The position numbers were made by a program, and so were the translations under genes. Under the pieces are notes generated by a model. The model had not been told where the DNA came from. It made no database searches and saw only the letters and a program-made list of their open reading frames with translations. 22,520 nucleotides of DNA from the NCBI GenBank assembly GCA_051866635.1, contig JBJDXJ010000002.1, positions 1 through 22,520 of the forward strand, in the 5' to 3' direction. This document shows, one piece after another, positions 1 through 8,952 of the stretch. Numbering within the stretch: the stretch's first letter is position 1; each line of letters begins with the position of its first letter. The DNA is from Clostridia bacterium (GTDB lineage Bacteria > Bacillota > Clostridia > UMGS1883).

Positions 1-96
1 CCAAAAATCTTATATCTAATTCAAAAAAACTTACACACTTTTCTTGACAAAGCCAACGATATTTTTTAAATCGGGTTGACTACAGCCTCTTTTAAA

Positions 97-1569
97 TTAC
101 AGAATTATACATATAAGTCCGCCGGATCCTTCATTTATAATTTTCTGAAGGGTTTCCTGAAGTTTATACCTTGCCTCCTCAGGCATTTTGTAAAGTTTTG
201 TCTGTAAGCCTTCGTTCACCAATGAATACAGGCTTTTGCCGAAAATATTTGACTCCCATATTTTGCCCGGCTCACTTTCAAATTCTCCAAGCAAATATTT
301 AACAAGTTCTTCGCTTTGCTTTTCACTTCCCACGATAGGGCTTACCTCTGTCTGTATGTTCGCCTTTATTATATGCAGACTTGGTGCCGATGCCTTAAGC
401 CTTACTCCGTATCTTCCGCCTTGCTTAATAATTTTAGGTTCCTCTAAGCTCATGTTTGAAACCTCGGGAGGCACAATTCCGTAGCCTGTATTTTCAGCGG
501 CTTCTAAAGCAAAGCGAACTCTTTCATAATTCTTCTTGATTTGGGCAAGCTCTTCCATCAAGGTAATCAGCTTATCTTCCCCATCAACTTCAAAGCCCGT
601 CATTTCACCTAAAACCTTGTAAAAAAGGTTACTGTCAGCATTGGCTTTTATGTAAATACTGCCGTCACCAAGGTTTATTTTATCGCATATTGCACTGTTT
701 ATATACTCGTTTTCTTCAAGACCTTTTGAAACAGTGAATGCACATTTTACCTTGTCGGCATCATTTACGCATTGACGGATGGAGTTAAAAATACTTTCCT
801 TAAGGTAATGGTCGGGGCTTAATGCATCAACCCACTTGGGAAGGTCAATGTCAATTTCCCGTATGGGGAATTCAAAAAGAACTGCCCTTAAAACATCCTT
901 TATATCATCTTCCTCCATATCCGCACAGGAGGATATTACAACAGGTGCATTATACTTTTTCTCCAAATCCGCCCCAAGCCTTTTTACACTTTCGCTTTTA
1001 GGCGTTCTGGAATTCAAAAGTATTACAAAGGGCTTTCCTATTTCCTTTAATTCCCCCACAACTCTTTCTTCTGCCTCAATATAATCGTTTCTGTCAATAT
1101 CACATATACTGCCGTCTGTAGTTACCACAACACCGATTGTACTATGTTCCTTTATTACCTTTTCCGTACCTATTTCTGCGGCACGGTCAAAAGGGATATC
1201 TTCTTCAAACCAGGGTGTTGTAACCATTCGGACAATTCCGTCCTCGCTGTGTCCCAAGGCGGAATTTACCACATATCCCACACAGTCAATAAGCCTGACC
1301 TTAAATGACGCATTATCACCGATAGAAATTTCCACCGCCTCGTTTGGCACAAACTTAGGCTCTGTAGTCATTATGGTTCGTCCCCCTGCACTTTGGGGAA
1401 GCTCGTCAATTGCTCGCTCTTTTTTAAATTCTTCGGTTATGTTGGGCAAAACACTTTTATCCATAAACTTTTTTATAAAGGTGGACTTTCCCGTCCTCAC
1501 AGGACCTACAACGCCTATGTAAATATCTCCGCCACCGCGTTTTGCAATGTCTGTATATATATTTTCCAT
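97..1569 (-). CDS. spoIVA: Stage IV sporulation protein A (spore coat morphogenetic ATPase)
   Basis: 490 aa; N-terminal IYIGVVGPVRTGKSTFIKKF Walker A, DELPQSAGGRTIMTTEPKFVP, and C-terminal IINEGSGGLICIIL are SpoIVA signatures; GGGAGG RBS upstream. Confidence 0.97.
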   Translation of the reverse strand: MENIYTDIAKRGGGDIYIGVVGPVRTGKSTFIKKFMDKSVLPNITEEFKKERAIDELPQSAGGRTIMTTEPKFVPNEAVEISIGDNASFKVRLIDCVGYVVNSALGHSEDGIVRMVTTPWFEEDIPFDRAAEIGTEKVIKEHSTIGVVVTTDGSICDIDRNDYIEAEERVVGELKEIGKPFVILLNSRTPKSESVKRLGADLEKKYNAPVVISSCADMEEDDIKDVLRAVLFEFPIREIDIDLPKWVDALSPDHYLKESIFNSIRQCVNDADKVKCAFTVSKGLEENEYINSAICDKINLGDGSIYIKANADSNLFYKVLGEMTGFEVDGEDKLITLMEELAQIKKNYERVRFALEAAENTGYGIVPPEVSNMSLEEPKIIKQGGRYGVRLKASAPSLHIIKANIQTEVSPIVGSEKQSEELVKYLLGEFESEPGKIWESNIFGKSLYSLVNEGLQTKLYKMPEEARYKLQETLQKIINEGSGGLICIIL

Positions 1570-1600
1570 AAAAAATCCTCCCGTAAATACAAGTTGTTAC

Positions 1601-1630
1601 ATTGTATTTATGAGAGGACTTTTTTATTCC
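1601..1630 (-). promoter_or_regulatory. Putative sigmaE-type promoter of spoIVA
   Basis: Minus strand GGAATA-16 nt-AATACAAT matches the sigmaE pattern ATA-16/18-cATAcanT; spoIVA is a known sigmaE-dependent gene. Confidence 0.55.
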
Positions 1631-1660
1631 ATAAATTTATAACAAGGTTTCCTTTTTAAA

Positions 1661-2860
1661 TCAAAACTCATCAGAGAGCAGAAAATCGGTAAGATGTACA
1701 GTTTTTATTCCATTTTCATTGCCGCAGTAAAGAGAATCGAGGGTTACTATATACTTTGGATAGTTATCCCTTATTTCCATCAAGTTATCGTATTCCCTTG
1801 TGGAATTTTCAGGTATGCTTCTGCACACTTGAACGTAGAGTTTCTCATCTCTTTTCTCGGCAATAAAATCTATCTCTTTTGTTCCGTTCTTACCGACATA
1901 TACATCATATCCCCGACGTTTAAGTTCTAAAAATACAATGTTTTCCATAACAGATGCAACCATTTTTCCATTAAACCCAAACTGTGAATACTTAAATGCA
2001 ACATCGGATAAATAATACTTCTCCTGCGTTTGAAGCACAGATTTTCCTTGCAGATCATATCTTTTACACGGATAAATTATAAAGGCCTCTGCCATCCACT
2101 TAATATAGTTATATACTGTTTCTACAGAAAAACTTCTTTTTTCCCCTTTAAGAAATTTTACAACGCTGTTTGCCGAAAAGGTTTTCCCTATGTTTTCAAC
2201 AATAAACCTCACCACTCTGTCAAACAATTCCTGATCGTTAATTTTGTGCCTTTTTGAAATATCTTTTGTTATAACAGAGGAGTAAATGCCTTCAACAATC
2301 TGATAAGCAGACCTATCATCAAATTTTGATATAGCGATAATTGGGAATCCCCCAAGTCTTATATAGTCTTCCACCTTTTCCCTTCCGAAGGAAGTATCTA
2401 ACATTTTAAATTCCAAAAACTCTCTATATGATAATGTATACACAGGAATTGTTACATATCGTCCTGTCAGATAGGTTGAAATCTCTCCGGACATAAGTTT
2501 TGAGTTTGAGCCTGTAACGTATATATCGCAGTTATCTTCTTCAAGCAGTGTATTTATAACCTTTTCCCAACCGTCAACCTCTTGGACTTCGTCTAAAAAG
2601 AGATAGCATTTCCCCTTATCTGCCACAAAACTCTTTATTTCGTTATACATAGATTTATTTGTTAAATTGTCTTCTGAATTTATATGGCTGTAATTTTTAG
2701 CGAATATATTATCCTTGCTAATGCCCATATTTGCTATTTCATTTTTCATCATTTCCAGTATGGTCGTTTTTCCACATCTGCGGACACCAACAAGAATTTT
2801 TACAAATGGTTTACTTATAAAAGGGCGTATTGCTTTAATATAATCAGGTCTAAGTATCAT
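1661..2860 (-). CDS. ATP-binding protein, AAA_14 + DUF4143 family
   Basis: Walker A GVRRCGKTT, Walker B YLFLDEVQ, YVTGSNS, KYYLSD, and C-terminal MENIVFLEL...EIDFIA...YVQV (PD-(D/E)xK-like) typical of this family. Confidence 0.88.
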   Translation of the reverse strand: MILRPDYIKAIRPFISKPFVKILVGVRRCGKTTILEMMKNEIANMGISKDNIFAKNYSHINSEDNLTNKSMYNEIKSFVADKGKCYLFLDEVQEVDGWEKVINTLLEEDNCDIYVTGSNSKLMSGEISTYLTGRYVTIPVYTLSYREFLEFKMLDTSFGREKVEDYIRLGGFPIIAISKFDDRSAYQIVEGIYSSVITKDISKRHKINDQELFDRVVRFIVENIGKTFSANSVVKFLKGEKRSFSVETVYNYIKWMAEAFIIYPCKRYDLQGKSVLQTQEKYYLSDVAFKYSQFGFNGKMVASVMENIVFLELKRRGYDVYVGKNGTKEIDFIAEKRDEKLYVQVCRSIPENSTREYDNLMEIRDNYPKYIVTLDSLYCGNENGIKTVHLTDFLLSDEF

Positions 2861-2884
2861 AATACTGCCTCCATTCTTATAGTT

Positions 2885-2913
2885 ATTTTACTGCAATCCT
2901 CAAAAAAAATCAA
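2885..2913 (-). promoter_or_regulatory. Putative sigmaA promoter of the AAA ATPase gene
   Basis: Minus strand TTGATT-17-TAAAAT. Confidence 0.5.
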
Positions 2914-2948
2914 TAGTTTTTAACCAAAATAAGAAAAAACTATTGATT
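2908..2948. repeat. Perfect 14-bp inverted repeat (terminator or operator)
   Basis: AATCAATAGTTTTT (2908-2921), 13-nt spacer, AAAAACTATTGATT (2935-2948). Confidence 0.75.
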
Positions 2949-3006
2949 ATTATATATTTTTTATCGAATTTTAGATTAAACTATGTAAAATTAGTGTTTT
3001 TTATAT

Positions 3007-3981
3007 TTATTCCACAAATTTTCCGATAACATTACCAAACTCCCACTTAACACTTTCAGGGGATATAATTTTCATTTTCCCTCCGAATGTAAAAATCCAG
3101 CCGAAAAAGGTGGGGCTTATATCAACATTTGCTGTCACCTTAAAATGGTCATCATCCACCTTTTGTACGAATACGCTTTCGCCGAAACGGTCAATAACAC
3201 TGTTCATCATGGAGTTTTCACACAGAATTTCAACCCTTGTATTTTCACCGCCGTACATGGAAAATATATTTTTTGAATACTCACCTATGTTAAATTTTTC
3301 GCCCATAATTGTTTCTGCTTCGACGCTTGCTTCATCCGAAACTTTAATTTCAGTCATTCTGTCAACACGGAAATGGGTTAAATCATTGTGCTTTGGATAG
3401 TATGATATCAGATAGTAGTTTTCGTCCGATACAGTTAAGCTGTAAGGGCTTACTGTATACTCATTTCCCCCGTTTCTAAACCGCCTTTTTTTATTTGCAT
3501 CATATTCAAAATATTTAAAGGACACCTTTTTATGGCTGTTTATAGCTTCACTCAAGGTGTCAACGCTTCGGTAAATTTCTTCGTTTATACCCTTTATACG
3601 GTCTGCAATAAACACCTGTCGTTGCAATTTATACCCCTGATGCCTTGAAGCTAAGGACTCAATTTTTTTAATAAGCCTTTCGCTTTTTTTCTCGGTAATG
3701 AACTTTGATGCGGAAACACAGTCAACAAGCATCTTAAGCTCAGGAAGTTCAAAATCACGTGACACAATGTAATACCCCTTTGAACTGCTTAATATGTCAA
3801 AACCGAAAAGCTTTAAACTTTCAATATCCGAATATATGCTTTTTCTTTCCGCACTTATCCCACAGCTATCAAGGTAAGTAAGTATTTCCTTCATGCTTGC
3901 AGGATGTTCCTCATCTGTATTTTTCATAAGATAATCACAAAGATACATCGCTTTCAGCTTTTGCATTGGTGCTTTTGCCAT
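3007..3981 (-). CDS. WYL domain transcriptional regulator (wHTH-WYL-WCX)
   Basis: N-terminal QKLKAMYL...TDEEHP...ERKSIYSDI wHTH, VSPYSL...ENYYLISY and FRVDRM WYL motifs; the start is more likely ATG 3981 (GAGGAG RBS 9 nt upstream) than TTG 3990. Confidence 0.88.
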   Translation of the reverse strand: MAKAPMQKLKAMYLCDYLMKNTDEEHPASMKEILTYLDSCGISAERKSIYSDIESLKLFGFDILSSSKGYYIVSRDFELPELKMLVDCVSASKFITEKKSERLIKKIESLASRHQGYKLQRQVFIADRIKGINEEIYRSVDTLSEAINSHKKVSFKYFEYDANKKRRFRNGGNEYTVSPYSLTVSDENYYLISYYPKHNDLTHFRVDRMTEIKVSDEASVEAETIMGEKFNIGEYSKNIFSMYGGENTRVEILCENSMMNSVIDRFGESVFVQKVDDDHFKVTANVDISPTFFGWIFTFGGKMKIISPESVKWEFGNVIGKFVE

Positions 3982-3994
3982 CTCAATCAACTCC

Positions 3995-4543
3995 TCATGC
4001 AGTTAATCTAACTTTTTTATACTGACTGTACGCATTTAAAAATTCCTTTTCAACCTTATTCATATCCATATATTCCACAACAGGTGTTGAACAAAGAATT
4101 GGTGTTTTTTCAAAACAAATGGGGATTGTATGAAGCTTTTTGAATTCATAATATAGCATTGCTTCATCAACAGTTTTAACGAGGCGTTCTTCCTCCTTGG
4201 TCAATGGATAAAGGTTAAACTTTTTCATAATCTTTTCCTGAAAATCCTTTTCGATTTTTTTGTAATCATTAAGTAAGCTTTTTAATGGTGTAGGTATGTC
4301 GCACAAATACGCTTCACTTCCGTCATGAAGCAGTGCCGCAAAGCATACCCTGTCGGAAAATCCTCTCGCCTTTGCTTCACGCATACAGTTTATGCTGTGC
4401 TGTGCCACCGAATAAAAATGAGTAAACTGCCCTGATGCACGAGAAGTCAAACTGAGCCCGTGAGCGATATCCTCAATTTCTATTGCGTTTATATCAACAT
4501 TTTCCATATTAATCATTTTTCCGCTGTTTGTGAAAAAGCTCAT
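3995..4543 (-). CDS. HD-domain phosphohydrolase, YfbR/YfdR-like 5'-deoxynucleotidase family
   Basis: IEDIAHGLS..R..G...FYSVAQHS and ALLHDGSEAYLCDIPTPLK motifs. Confidence 0.85.
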   Translation of the reverse strand: MSFFTNSGKMINMENVDINAIEIEDIAHGLSLTSRASGQFTHFYSVAQHSINCMREAKARGFSDRVCFAALLHDGSEAYLCDIPTPLKSLLNDYKKIEKDFQEKIMKKFNLYPLTKEEERLVKTVDEAMLYYEFKKLHTIPICFEKTPILCSTPVVEYMDMNKVEKEFLNAYSQYKKVRLTA

Positions 4544-4713
4544 ACTCTCTCACCTCTCTTTATCAGCAAAGTACCGCCTAACATCAGAATTGATGCCATA
4601 ACGCCTTGAATAAGAATTCTGTCAACTGAAAGCATACCCGCATCAACACCCCCTGCGGTAGCCGCCGCAAGAACAAATCCCACAAATACCATAACAGCAA
4701 AAATCTTTTTCAT
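4540..4713 (-). CDS. Small 57-aa membrane protein with two hydrophobic segments (not in ORF track)
   Basis: Read manually: MKKIFAVMVFVGFVLAAATAGGVDAGMLSVDRILIQGVMASILMLGGTLLIKRGERV*; AGGAGGA RBS at 4721-4727; stop overlaps the HD start (ATGA). Confidence 0.8.
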   Translation of the reverse strand: MKKIFAVMVFVGFVLAAATAGGVDAGMLSVDRILIQGVMASILMLGGTLLIKRGERV

Positions 4714-4841
4714 ATGTACTTCCTCCTACTCAAATATTATTTTTTCTGACTTAAGGATATCTGATTAGGTGTCCTATAAAAAGTACATATCGCAATAATT
4801 TTATCATTTATCTTGCAAAAAGTAAACATTTATATCATAAT

Positions 4842-4870
4842 TTGACATTTATATATATTTATGCTATAAT
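4842..4870 (+). promoter_or_regulatory. Consensus sigmaA promoter of the MATE gene
   Basis: TTGACA-17-TATAAT with extended -10 TG. Confidence 0.8.
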
Positions 4871-4908
4871 TCCTTCCTACATTGTAAAAAATACAAAAGA
4901 GGTGTGTT

Positions 4909-6276
4909 ATGGAACAGCAAAGTGAAAATAAAATGGGCACCATGCCCGTAAATAAGCTTTTAATAACAATCAGCCTGCCAATGGTCATTTCAATGCTTGT
5001 ACAGGCTCTTTACAACATTGTGGACAGCGTATTCGTGTCAAACTACGATATTAACGCCTTAACTGCCGTTTCTTTAGCATTCCCTCTTCAGAATGTAATG
5101 ATTGCTTTTGCAACAGGTACAGGTGTTGGTATTAATGCACTTTTGTCCAAAAGCCTTGGGGAAAAGAATTTCAGCCGTGCAAACAAAGCCGCTTGCAACG
5201 GTTTGTTTCTGGCAATAGTTCATTACCTTATATTTCTTTTTGTAGGTGTATTTCTTGTGAACCCCTTCTTTTCGGCCCAAAGCCCCGACATGACAGTAGT
5301 AAATTACGGCATCACTTATGCATCCATATGCTGTATTGCTTCCTTGGGTCTTTTTATTCAGGTAACCGTGGAAAGACTTTTAATTTCTACAGGCAAGTCG
5401 CTTTTCTCCATGTGTACCCAGCTTACAGGTGCCCTGATAAACATTATTTTTGACCCTATTCTTATTTTCGGTATCGGTCCCTTCCCAAAGTTAGGTGTGG
5501 CAGGTGCCGCCATTGCAACAGTTATGGGTCAGTGGACAGCGGCTATTGTGGGCATTATTTTAAACCGTAAATTCAATGGTGAAATACATGTTACATTTCG
5601 TGGTTTCAAGCCCGATTTGTCTATTATAAAGAAAATCTACCTGGTAGGTATTCCTTCAATAATCATGGCGTCTATCACAAGTGTTATGACCTTTGGCATG
5701 AATAAGATTTTCACTTTCTTTGAAGCAATTGTCAACGATGCACAAAGTGTTTTCGGTGTATACTACAAGCTTCAGAGCTTTATATTTATGCCTGTGTTCG
5801 GACTTAATAACGGTATGGTGCCTATAGTCGCATATAACTACGGTGCGAAAAAGCCCGACAGAATGAAGAAAACTATCTTCCTTTCAATCATGTATGCAGT
5901 TTCAATTATGGCTTTGGGCTTTATCGCTTTTACATTCATACCCCACATTCTTTTAGGTATGTTTAACGCCAACGAAAATATGATTATACTTGGCGTTCCC
6001 GCCTTTCGAGCAATAAGCCTCAGCTTCATTTTTGCAGGCTTCTGTATTATTACCGGAAGTGTGTTGCAGGCTGTGGGCAACGGAATACTCAGCATGTGTA
6101 CCTCCATTGTCCGTCAGCTGGTGGTTTTACTTCCTGCGGCATACATTCTTTCACTATCAGGTAATATTAACCTTGTATGGTATTCCTTCCCCATTGCGGA
6201 AATAGCTTCATTTGCAATGAGTGCAATCTTCCTTCGTTATGTATTTAAGAAAATAATAAACCCTTTATATCAATAA
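4909..6276 (+). CDS. MATE family efflux transporter
   Basis: 455 aa, many TM segments; PMVISMLVQALYNIVDSVFV, INIIFDPILIFG, GVAGAAIATV motifs. Confidence 0.93.
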   Translation: MEQQSENKMGTMPVNKLLITISLPMVISMLVQALYNIVDSVFVSNYDINALTAVSLAFPLQNVMIAFATGTGVGINALLSKSLGEKNFSRANKAACNGLFLAIVHYLIFLFVGVFLVNPFFSAQSPDMTVVNYGITYASICCIASLGLFIQVTVERLLISTGKSLFSMCTQLTGALINIIFDPILIFGIGPFPKLGVAGAAIATVMGQWTAAIVGIILNRKFNGEIHVTFRGFKPDLSIIKKIYLVGIPSIIMASITSVMTFGMNKIFTFFEAIVNDAQSVFGVYYKLQSFIFMPVFGLNNGMVPIVAYNYGAKKPDRMKKTIFLSIMYAVSIMALGFIAFTFIPHILLGMFNANENMIILGVPAFRAISLSFIFAGFCIITGSVLQAVGNGILSMCTSIVRQLVVLLPAAYILSLSGNINLVWYSFPIAEIASFAMSAIFLRYVFKKIINPLYQ

Positions 6277-6333
6277 AGTTTTATATTAAAACAGTCTTTA
6301 GTACAATGAATGATAAAATTTTTAAAAAAATGC

Positions 6334-6362
6334 TTGACATTCGCCACATACTTGGTTATAAT
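6334..6362 (+). promoter_or_regulatory. Consensus sigmaA promoter of tRNA-Ser
   Basis: TTGACA-17-TATAAT ending 12 nt upstream of the tRNA. Confidence 0.8.
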
Positions 6363-6374
6363 AACTGAGGACCC

Positions 6375-6465
6375 GGAGAGATGGCTGAGTTGGTCTAAGG
6401 CGCACGACTGGAAATCGTGTAACGGTTAACCCCGTTCAAGAGTTCGAATCTCTTTCTCTCCGCCA
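6375..6465 (+). tRNA. tRNA-Ser (GGA)
   Basis: GGAGAGA/TCTCTCC acceptor stem, anticodon arm CACGA-CT GGA AA-TCGTG, long variable arm, GTTCGAATC T-loop, encoded CCA. Confidence 0.96.
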
Positions 6466-6496
6466 AAAGACGCACTTCATAAGAAGTGCGTCTTTT
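6465..6496. terminator. Bidirectional intrinsic terminator between tRNA-Ser and gpr
   Basis: AAAAGACGCACTTC-ATAA-GAAGTGCGTCTTTT between convergent genes. Confidence 0.85.
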
Positions 6497-6516
6497 AATT
6501 TTTCTGTGTTTTTTGG

Positions 6517-7407
6517 CTAATTTCCATACCTATCTATATCCTCACGGTCTAAGGGTTGAAGTGCCAGATTAATTCCGTTTGCTATAATTTTCGCACACCT
6601 TACTGCCAAGGAATCCACCTCTGTGGGCGTTACCACCATATCCGCATTATTGTCCTTCAATTTTTCGTAAATATCGGAGTAGTCCCCTCGTCCCTCTAAC
6701 ATTTCCATACAGTCTGCCGCAACCGTCAGTGCATCCACCACCATTGGAACACCGATTGCCACAACGGGAATGCCCAATGTATTTTCGCTAAGCTCTTTTC
6801 TGTTGTTCCCCACACCGCTTCCGGGGTTTATGCCTGTATTTGTAATCTGAATTGTTTTGCCAAGTCTTTTTAAATCCCTTGCCGCTAAGGCATCTACGGC
6901 AATCACAAGGCTTGGATTAACCTTCTCGGTAACACCTTTTATTATTTCGCTTGTTTCGATGCCTGTAAGAGCCATAACGGAAGGGCTTAATGCACAAACG
7001 CTTCTTACCCTTTCATCCACCTCCTCAGGCATCATTTCTTTTATGTGCCTTGTTACAAGGAGGTTTTTTATGCATTTAGGTCCGATTGAATCGGCAGTTA
7101 TATTTTCGTTTCCCAAACCTACCGCTAAAACAGGGTCGTTTTTTCCTATTTTAAGTATGGCTTTTAATTCCTTGGCTAAACAAAGACAAACTTCTTCATA
7201 TTCTTCCCTGTCATTTTCCGACAAATCAGCAGCCGTAATAGTTACGTAATTGCCTATGGGTTTACCGATTTTCTCTGCCGCTTCTCGTGTAGTAATATTT
7301 ACCCTTTCAATTTTAATATTGTCTTTTACCTCCTCCTCACTTTCAATTCCCGTAAGATATTCATTGTTGACCTTCGCTTCAACAGCCAAATCTGTTCTTG
7401 TATCCAT
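6517..7407 (-). CDS. gpr: Germination protease (SASP endopeptidase)
   Basis: RTDLAVE N-terminus, VGLGNENITADSIGP, IAVDALAAR, GINPGSGVGNNR, AIGVPMVVDA; the start is likely ATG 7407 (GAGGTG RBS) rather than 7419. Confidence 0.93.
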   Translation of the reverse strand: MDTRTDLAVEAKVNNEYLTGIESEEEVKDNIKIERVNITTREAAEKIGKPIGNYVTITAADLSENDREEYEEVCLCLAKELKAILKIGKNDPVLAVGLGNENITADSIGPKCIKNLLVTRHIKEMMPEEVDERVRSVCALSPSVMALTGIETSEIIKGVTEKVNPSLVIAVDALAARDLKRLGKTIQITNTGINPGSGVGNNRKELSENTLGIPVVAIGVPMVVDALTVAADCMEMLEGRGDYSDIYEKLKDNNADMVVTPTEVDSLAVRCAKIIANGINLALQPLDREDIDRYGN

Positions 7408-7446
7408 TTTTTTAGTCACCTCTTATTTATTATTGACTGATTTTCA

Positions 7447-7475
7447 TTGACTTAACAATGTTTCTAATGTAAAAT
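7447..7475 (+). promoter_or_regulatory. Putative sigmaA promoter of the ppx-trmL-trxA operon
   Basis: TTGACT-17-TAAAAT. Confidence 0.6.
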
Positions 7476-7507
7476 ATAATCATAAAATTGTTATATGAGG
7501 TGACATT

Positions 7508-8431
7508 ATGGAAAAACGTATTGCAGTTATAGATTTAGGCTCCAATTCAGTAAGAATGACCATTAACCTCCTTCACGAAGACGGCAGTTGGGATGTTCTG
7601 ATGAAAAAACGTTCCACAGTAAGACTATCCGAAGGTATGGGTATTGATAACATACTTAAGGAAGATGCCATGGTAAGGGTTATTAACGCCCTTAAGGATT
7701 TTTGCACTTTGGCAAAACTTGACTCTTGTCAGACCATTGTTGCAATAGCCACTGCCGCAGTAAGAAGTGCTGTGAACCGTGATATGTTCATCGAAAGGGT
7801 CAACCGTGAAACCGGAATACATTTTGACATTATTTCAGGTGACGATGAAGCGTATTACAGCTATCTTGCGGTGGTAAGCTCGCTAAGTGTGAAAAACGGT
7901 CTTGTTTTTGACACAGGCGGCGGAAGCACCGAGCTGATTTTAATTAAAAACGGTCACCTTGCAAAAAGTGCAAGTCTGCCCTTAGGTGCAGTTCGTCTCA
8001 CAGAAGCCTTCCGTAACAGAAGCCAGGCTGAGTTATACCGTTATGTAGTTACCCTTTTAGGCACAATTGACTGGATTGATGAAGCCGTAGGCTGTGACCT
8101 TTACGGTGTCGGTGGCAGTGCGAAAACTCTTGCAACACTTTCGCTTAAGGAATTAAAGGGCATTGACGAAGTCCACGGCCACAGTATCAGTTGCAATAAG
8201 GTAGCGGGAATTTATCAGAAGGTTTATTCCACACCTGTCTCCTTAAGACAAAATATCCCCGGTATGGAAAAAAGCCGTGCCGATATTATTCTTGCAGGTC
8301 TTATGCCAATGAAGGTGCTTATGGATATGCTTGGCAGTAAAAAATGCATCGTTTGCTCTCACGGTGTAAAAGAGGGCGTATTTTTCCGTGTCCGTGATGA
8401 AATAATGAGAAATGAGTGGGATAGGAAATGA
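7508..8431 (+). CDS. ppx: Ppx/GppA family exopolyphosphatase (short form)
   Basis: AVIDLGSNSVR, ATAAVR.A.N, ISGDDEA, DTGGGSTE, RADII, GVKEG motifs. Confidence 0.88.
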   Translation: MEKRIAVIDLGSNSVRMTINLLHEDGSWDVLMKKRSTVRLSEGMGIDNILKEDAMVRVINALKDFCTLAKLDSCQTIVAIATAAVRSAVNRDMFIERVNRETGIHFDIISGDDEAYYSYLAVVSSLSVKNGLVFDTGGGSTELILIKNGHLAKSASLPLGAVRLTEAFRNRSQAELYRYVVTLLGTIDWIDEAVGCDLYGVGGSAKTLATLSLKELKGIDEVHGHSISCNKVAGIYQKVYSTPVSLRQNIPGMEKSRADIILAGLMPMKVLMDMLGSKKCIVCSHGVKEGVFFRVRDEIMRNEWDRK

Positions 8432-8922
8432 GTTTTAATATAGTTCTTCACGAGCCTGAAATTCCGCAAAATACAGGCAACATTGCTCGCACCTGTGCGG
8501 CAACAGGCTCAAAACTTCATATAATCAAGCCCATGGGCTTTGAAATAAGTGACAAACACTTAAAGCGTGCAGGGCTTGACTATTGGCATATGTTAAGTAT
8601 AACTTACTATGAAAACCTTGACGACTTTTTTGAAAAAAACAAGGGCGGTAATTTCTACTTTTGCACAACAAAGGCACCTCACACATATGCAGAAGCCTCT
8701 TTTTCGGATAATGACTACCTTTTCTTTGGCAAAGAAACAAAGGGTCTTCCGGAAAGTCTTTTATCCGATAACCTGGAAAAATGCATACGTATCCCCATGG
8801 TGGCGGATGCACGAAGCCTTAATTTATCAAACTCCGTTGCAATTGTTGTATACGAAGCCCTTCGCCAGACAGGTTACTTTAACTTAATGGAAAAAAGCGA
8901 TTATCTTACACTTATCAAATAA
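8428..8922 (+). CDS. trmL: tRNA (cytidine(34)-2'-O)-methyltransferase, SPOUT family
   Basis: PEIPQNTGNIAR, KRAGLDYW, FGKETKGLP, RSLNLSNSVA; ATGA overlap with ppx. Confidence 0.93.
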   Translation: MSFNIVLHEPEIPQNTGNIARTCAATGSKLHIIKPMGFEISDKHLKRAGLDYWHMLSITYYENLDDFFEKNKGGNFYFCTTKAPHTYAEASFSDNDYLFFGKETKGLPESLLSDNLEKCIRIPMVADARSLNLSNSVAIVVYEALRQTGYFNLMEKSDYLTLIK

Positions 8923-8952
8923 ATTTTAAACTTAAAGAAAGAAGGATTTTTT

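Noticed and set aside
44-72. TTGACA near the window start as an antisense promoter into spoIVA
   Set aside because: No convincing -10 at 16-18 nt spacing
7423-7460. Possible sigmaF/sigmaG promoter of gpr (GTTAA...GTCAATAATA)
   Set aside because: Spacing and match are imperfect in an AT-rich region; expected biologically but not supportable from the sequence
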